A stretch of DNA of 64,000 bases from Eledone cirrhosa (taxonomy: Eukaryota), in the NCBI GenBank assembly GCA_964016885.1, contig OZ024740.1:102858001-102922000 (forward strand), in the 5' to 3' direction. Below, in pieces: positions 57,753 to 64,000 of the stretch. Below the pieces are notes generated by a model. That model was not told where the DNA came from and ran no database searches. It saw only the letters and a program-made list of their open reading frames with translations. The position numbers were made by a program, and so were the translations under genes. Position 1 is the first letter of the stretch, and every line of letters begins with the position of its first letter.

Positions 57753-58109
57753 AAATTTTGTTATCAAATGTCTTGCTTTCTCTGTATTTATATATATATA
57801 AATAGGTTTTGTTTGGAATAACTAAACGAGCAGACATAGAATGTCTATGTCCTATGCTAGTTGGAGTTGGAAACCTTAGGTAACATGCATTTGTGTTGAG
57901 ATCTGTGTACACTACTTATAGCGACACGGCAAAAGCACCCAGACCAACCTGTAAAGTGGTCATATATAAAAATTGCTGAGTGTATCCCTGTGTGTTGTAA
58001 AAATTGACTAAAAGGGTTGGCATTGGGAAGGGCATCTGGCTGTAAAACATTGTCTCAAAACATCCAGTTCAACCCATACCAGCCTAATAAAGTGATCATA
58101 AAAAACGAC

Positions 58110-58167
<58 letters not shown>

Positions 58168-58216
58168 GTACAATACTATAAATGTTTTGATGCTTGATGC
58201 ATTAAGACTTGTGTAT

Positions 58217-58419
58217 AACAGGGTCAGCTGAAAAGTTCATAGGATGACCAAGATACTCTCATGAAATGACTAAATGTGGTTTATTTTTCAACATAGTCAT
58301 TGGGAAAGAAACAATGCAGTTATTAATAAGAAGAGTTGAAATTAATACAGGCAAGATTTCACAGCTCTAGCAACACTCCTTCATAGTCAGCCTATGAACT
58401 TTTCAGCCGACCCTCCTAT
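58217..58419 (-). mobile_element. Mariner-type MITE
   Basis: gggtcagctgaaaagttcatagg / cctatgaacttttcagccgaccc TIRs. Confidence 0.85.
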
Positions 58420-58567
58420 ATTGTACAACAGTGTAGGTAGTGTTGTTTGATGAACTAAAACTTATTTATATACTGTATACAATAGTATAGTTGCTTCAAC
58501 CTGTTTCCTGCGATGAGAACTGTTGATAGATAGATTTTTATCAGCCTCAGTATTTCTCAATCATTTT

Positions 58568-58636
<69 letters not shown>

Positions 58637-58958
58637 TCCTTCTCCTCCTCGCTGTCGTCGTTGTTGTTGTTGTTATTGCTTGATGGGAGTGGGGGAGGGG
58701 CATCCTAGGTCAGCGATCCCAGAGGCATCAACGTGCGTAGAGCTACTTTTCCTATCAACACTTTTTTCCTAAATAGAACCATACTCCAGGATACTCTGAA
58801 GTTGTACGTTATAAACATTGTTTCTGGATTTATATAAACCTTAGCTGCATCAACATAACACAACACTGGCAGCTGATCTAGTGCAAATGGTGGCTATAGG
58901 TTTGATTCATACCACCATGCTGGAAACTTATGCTAACATACTGGCATTTATTATTACA

Positions 58959-59152
58959 CTGATAAAATAAAAGTACCAGTAATGCACTGGTTAATTGCAG
59001 GCCTTGTGCCAAAAGTAGAAACAATTATTACACTGAGTTCAAATCCCGCCGAGGTTAACTTTGCCTTTCATCCTTACGGGGTCGATAAAATAAAATACCA
59101 GTAATACACTGAGTAATTGCTGGCCTTGTGCCAAAGGTAGAAATAATTATTA
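58959..59152 (+). mobile_element. Two tandem 5'-truncated SINE S1 copies
   Basis: Two S1 tails, with ttattacac at each junction. Confidence 0.8.
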
Positions 59153-59193
59153 CACACATAAACATTTAGTCTCTCTCTCTCTCTCTATATATA

Positions 59194-59422
59194 TATTAAA
59201 ATAACAGATTAAAGTTTAAGTAAAGAATCGCTGCTTTCACCCTTAACGGGATCTTCTGAAACTGAGTTTCAGAAGATCCCGTTAAGGGTGAAAGCAGCGA
59301 TTCTTTGCTTAAACTTTAATCTGTTATTTTAATAAATATTTGCTCTACACTTCTTATATATTTGATATATATTTATCCTTATCGAGCCCTCTTTGGATTT
59401 TAGTCTTCAAATTTATTATTAT

Positions 59423-59426
<4 letters not shown>
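59194..59426 (+). mobile_element. Fold-back element, family B (70-bp arms, 1-nt centre at 59264)
   Basis: Arms 59194-59263/59265-59334 with one mismatch; CAGAAGA(59270)...GAAA(59290); tail ends at (TA)n. Confidence 0.8.
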
Positions 59427-59460
<34 letters not shown>

Positions 59461-59462
<2 letters not shown>

Positions 59463-59585
59463 CGAAGGAAGTGTGGTAAGGAACCAGATGGACCATAACG
59501 CACCAGAGTACTCAATACTTAGGGTAGTAGAGAGGAAAATGTTTAAGTCCGACGGCAGAGGTCAAGCCGTTTCGACGTCGACGTT
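59461..59585 (-). mobile_element. Family C element, variant
   Basis: Same tail; minus strand gtc GAAA cggc ttgacctct gccg TC ggact. Confidence 0.75.
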
Positions 59586-60012
59586 ATATATATGTCCGTC
59601 TCACTGTCCCCCTTTCTGTCACACACATGTACATATACACACATATGCACACTTACACATACATATGTACACGTACACACACATACATGCACACTTACAC
59701 ACACACATGCATATATATAGAGAGAGAGAGGGAGAGGGAGAGAGAGAGAAAGAGAGAGAGAGAGATTGAGAGAAAAGGACACACACACATATCTATATAT
59801 CTAAAACAGAGAATGTCTGTCTGTCTGACTCCCTAAAACTCGAGAACCACCCAACCAATTTTTTTCAAACTTGACCTCATGTAATACTTATGGTCGTGTG
59901 AGTGTTTTGAGCAAAAAATATTTCAAATTTTCAATGCCCCAGGGACAGCATTAGGTGATTTAGCGATCTCTCTCTCTCTTTTTCTTAGTCTGTCTCTCTC
60001 GATACGTAAATA

Positions 60013-60084
<72 letters not shown>

Positions 60085-60087
<3 letters not shown>

Positions 60088-60460
60088 AAAGTTCTATTTA
60101 AAATTGTTGGGATACAACAAGTAAATATTTTATAACTGATATAAAGCACTCAACAAGTTTTTGGAGTAGATATACGATATTAAATAAATGGAAACTATAT
60201 TTATAAAACCATATTTATTTCATTATACATATTTCAGGGATACCAAATTAAAATATGGTATGCCTTCATCAGACAAAATACAATACAGCTTCCAAAAATA
60301 ATGGTCGCATCTAATAGGGTACGTCAAAATTATTTATAAAATTGTTTATATATTGTATTTTGTCTGATGAAGGCATACCATATTTTAATTTGGTATCCCT
60401 GAAATATGTATAATGAAATAAATATGGTTTTATAAATATAGTTTCCATTTATTTAATATC

Positions 60461-60465
<5 letters not shown>
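60085..60465. mobile_element. Fold-back hammerhead element, family A, identical 115-bp arms
   Basis: Arms 60171-60285/60351-60465, 65-bp spacer, one complete hammerhead motif per strand, (TA)n both sides. Confidence 0.88.
60356..60420 (+). ncRNA. Type I hammerhead ribozyme motif (mirror copy on minus strand 60216-60280)
   Basis: tattttgt CTGATGA(60364) aggcatacca-loop-tggtatccct GAAA(60401) tatgtaT A atgaaata. Confidence 0.8.
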
Positions 60466-60507
<42 letters not shown>

Positions 60508-61044
60508 GATATTCGTGTACAGATATTTTTGCATACATAATAACAAAATATAAACAAACATATTTATTTCACGAGGCTCGACAGCAGCAAAAAACAACAA
60601 CAAAAGAGAGAGGGAACGCAATTACATGCTTTTGAAAAATCTTAATGGAAAATTATTTGCCTATTCACCCAAGGCGACTTCACTTTTTATTAGGACTTCT
60701 GCATCAATTGGTGAACATACGACGAAACTGTTTCGAATCCCGAGCAACGCCGGGCCATTCTGCTAGTATATATATAAAGATAGATAGATAGTTCATCTGG
60801 ATTATTTTATATCCAGATTGTGATGAAAAAAGCAGAACTGCAATTAGGTATGAATGACTCAGCACACTCCAGCCACTCTCTAACACAAATATAATTCTGA
60901 GAAGTAAAGTATTGATAAGTAATTAAACACATGTGAGAATTTGAATTCCTCGTCTGAGCAACAATGTTGATGAGTTTGGGGAGAATATTTTTATACAGTA
61001 GGATAGAAAGGATTAAACATTTTTGCTTATGCTATACCTCACTT

Positions 61045-61562
61045 CATCATCATCACCATCATCATTGCCGTTGTCATCGTCGTCGTCATCACCACCATCA
61101 TCATCATCACCACCATCATCATCATCATTGTCACCACCATTCCCATCATCATCATCATCATCATCACCATTATCATTGTTGCGTCGTCATCACTATCATC
61201 ATCATTGTCATCTTCATCATCATTGTCATCATCATCATCATCATCATTAGCAGCATCCTCATCATCATCATTATCGTTGTCATCATCAGCAGCAGCAGCA
61301 ACATCATTATCATTGTCGTCGTCATTATCGTCATTATCGTCATCATCGTCATCGTCATCATCATCATCATTATCGTTGTCATCATCAGCAGCAGCAGCAA
61401 CATCATTATCATTGTCGTCGTCGTCATCGTCATTATCGTCATCATCGTCATCGTCATCATCATCATCATTATCGTTGTCATCATCAGCAGCAGCAGCAGC
61501 AGCAACATCATTATCATTGTCGTCGTCGTCATCGTCATCATCGTCATCATCGTCATCATCAT
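61045..61562. repeat. (CAT/CGT/CAG)n compound tract with three ~100-bp higher-order units
   Basis: atcatcagcagcagcagcaacatcattatcattgtcgtc recurs three times. Confidence 0.85.
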
Positions 61563-61737
61563 TAAACCACCCTTTTCCCAAGTATTGTGTAGGTCATCAT
61601 AGACCAAGTCAGTACCTCATTAGAGCTTTTGACCTCTCAGATCGAATTTGAACTCAGTATATTAAGGGACAAAATTAAACACTACAAGGTATTTTGTCCA
61701 TGATTCTACCAATTTTACCATTTAACACCCAATAAAA

Positions 61738-61940
61738 ATAATTGTTTCTACTATAGATATAAGGCCAGCAATTTGAAAGGGAGGAGAAAGTTGATTACAT
61801 CGACCCAGTGTGTTACTGGTACTTTATTTTGTCGACCCTGTAAGGATGAAAGGCAAAGCTAACCGTGACAAGATTTGAAATCAGAGAGTAAAGGGCCGCA
61901 AAGCATGGTGTCTGGCGCTCTACAGATACTGCCAATCCAT
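61738..61940 (-). mobile_element. SINE S1-related
   Basis: actggtactttattttgtcgaccctgtaaggatgaaaggcaaag...gatactgccaat. Confidence 0.75.
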
Positions 61941-62084
61941 CTGATAAAAATAATAAGTTCAGAAAGTGTTTTGGTGGGGAGGGTTTAGTGAATTATTTAC
62001 ACCGACTCTCGTGTCTGGTGGTAGTTGATCAGAGAAAAAAAGAAAAAGAAAACCTGACCAAAGATTTACTAAATATAAGAGCAG

Positions 62085-62950
62085 TGGTGGTCATGGTGAC
62101 TGAGGTGGTGGTTTATGTAGTAGCGTTGGTTTATATGGTAGCGGTGGTGACTGGTTGTAGCTGTGGTGGTGGTAGTGGTTTATGTGGTAGTGGTGGTTGT
62201 TGTGGTAGTGGTGGTGACTGTGTTTGTAGCTGTGGTGGTGGTGGTGGTGGTAGTGGTTTATGTGGTAGTGGTGGTGACTGTGGTGGTGGTGGTGGTAGTG
62301 GTGATGGTGGTGGTGGTAGTGGTTTATGTGGTAGTGGTGGTTGTTGTGGTAGTGGTGGTGACTGTGTTTGTAGCTGTGGTGGTGGTGGTGGTGGTAGTGG
62401 TGGTGACTGTGGTGGTGGTGGTAGTGGTGGTGGTGGTAGTGGTTTATGTGGTAGTGGTGGCGACTGTGGTGGTGGTGGTGGTGGTGGTGGTAGTGGTTTA
62501 TGTGGTAGTGGTGGTTGTTGTGGTAATGGTGGTGCCTGTGTTTGTAGCTGTGGTGGTGGTGGTGGTAGTGGTTTATGTGGTAGTGGTGGTGACTGTGGTG
62601 GTGGTGGTGGTAGTGGTGATGGTGGTGGTGGTAGTGGTTTATGTGGTAGTGGTGGTGACTATAAGGGTGTTGTTGGCTGCTGTGATGTTGGTGTTGTTTG
62701 TGGTGGTTGCGGTGGCAGTGACAGTGGTGGTGTTGGTGTTGGTGGAGTGGTGCTGGTAATGGTGTTGGTATTGTTAGTCTTGGTGGTGAGCTGATGCTGG
62801 TAATGGAGTTAGTTGTGGTGGTGGCGGTGGTGGTGGTGGTGGTGGTAAGGTGGTGCTGGTAATGGTGTTGTTGATAGTGTTGGTGGGGTGGTGCTGGAAA
62901 TTGTGTTGTTGTTGTTGTTGTTAGTGGTGGTGGTGGTGGTATTAGTGGGG
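62085..62950. repeat. (GGT)n-derived minisatellite with ggtagtggtttatgtggtagt subunits
   Basis: Directly visible; yields Gly/Cys, Val and His ORFs. Confidence 0.85.
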
Positions 62951-63510
62951 TGGTGTTGATAATGGTGTTGATATTGCTTATACCCTTCCCCAAGTTGTAC
63001 AGCCATAAGCTGAAAGGTGTGGCATATCAAGGACTATATTGTCTGATATTTATTCCTTTATTAAAACAATAAAGTATGATAATTTGAGAGAGATTCTGCT
63101 ATCATTTCTAGCAGGGTTAGTGGTGTCTACGTAGAGGTTGCCCTCTTTGACATATGGCTGTGTTTATCTTGGAGGTAACAGTAGTAGCAGTAACAGCAGC
63201 AGTAGTAGTCGTAGTAGTAGTCGTCGTAGTAGTAGTGGTGGTGGTTGTAGTAGTAGTGGTAGTGGTGGTGGTGGTGGTGGTGGTAGTATCATGACAATGC
63301 AGCTGCATTGCATATTTTTCACCAAACTATTACAAGACTGCAGCACAAAGTGCAGAACAGCAAATGGTGTGGTCTGTTGCTATGAAATGGGCAGCATAAA
63401 CAGCTAGTGGTAATGGCGGTGGTGGTATTTATCTATATGCATGCATGATAGATAAATAGATGGACTAACAGTTGGTCAGACAGACGAACAGATAGATAAG
63501 TAGATAGATA

Positions 63511-64000
63511 TATTTCTTTATTTGCCACAAAGGCGCACAAGAAAAGGGGACAATACAAAGACATATGCCGGGGATTTTACATACAATCGTGTAAAAATAT
63601 TTTTAAAACAAACAAATTCAACAATCGAAATCCCCAATAGAAGGGAGGCGTTACAAATGGTTTGTTTAATACCCCGTCGATAGAACAACCCTCAACTCCA
63701 GGAGCATGCTGTGAAAGTGCTCCTTTCTTCCTTTTGCTCTCTTCTTCAACCTACAGGTTTATATACAAAGAAGGCCCAATCACTCGGGTTATTTTTGCTG
63801 CATTCACCCACCTTTTAGTAAATTTACTGGGGTGCAGTGCCTCTCTCTCCACTCTGACTCTCCTTCTAAAGTGGTACCTAGAGAAGGGAATAGGTTGTTG
63901 TCCGGAGAGAACGGCATCTGTCCTCAAGTCCTCTCAATCTCGTCCACCATATAACCTCTTTTACCATAGCCACTCTACAGAGGAAAACCGCCTCTCTTTC
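63511..64000 (-). mobile_element. Tx1/L1-clade LINE 3' end, continues past the window
   Basis: AVFLCRVAMVKEVIWWTRLRGL / RYHFRRRVRVEREALHPSKFTKRWVNAAK*, then UTR ending aataaagaaa at a (GATA)n tract. Confidence 0.75.

Larger units (their letters stand above)
59792..60766 (+). mobile_element. Non-autonomous Helitron family H with a nested hammerhead element
   Basis: A|TCTATATATCTAAAAC ... cccgagcaacgccggg ccattctgCTAG|T. Confidence 0.8.

Noticed and set aside
61988-62794. Gly/Cys-rich keratin-associated or loricrin-like ORF
   Set aside because: Derived from a (GGT)n minisatellite; overlapping poly-Val and poly-His frames are equally open; no ATG start or splice support

Overview
AT-rich, microsatellite-saturated eukaryotic DNA with no confidently supported host protein-coding exon. 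The SINE, RTE and MITE repertoire and the density of (TA)n/(CAT)n tracts suggest an octopod cephalopod intron or intergenic region (inference). Contents: (1) a ~3.2 kb decayed CR1-type LINE (APE endonuclease + RT) nested, with a 6-bp TSD, inside an older R4/Dong-type RLE retrotransposon; (2) RTE, Tx1/L1 and CRE-like fragments, tRNA-derived SINEs, mariner/pogo MITEs and non-autonomous Helitrons; (3) a ~12.4 kb 54-bp satellite whose unit appears to come from an RTE coding motif. The standout is about a dozen short non-coding elements, almost all next to (TA)n tracts and mostly built as fold-back inverted repeats. They contain complete or 5'-truncated type I hammerhead ribozyme motifs (CTGAnGA-stem II-GAAA-stem III-TH, with stem I closing by eye), often with palindromic stem III, and several otherwise dissimilar families share a 3' motif. 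They most resemble Penelope-like pseudo-LTR or retrozyme remnants. All folds and alignments were done by eye, and no cleavage activity is demonstrated.
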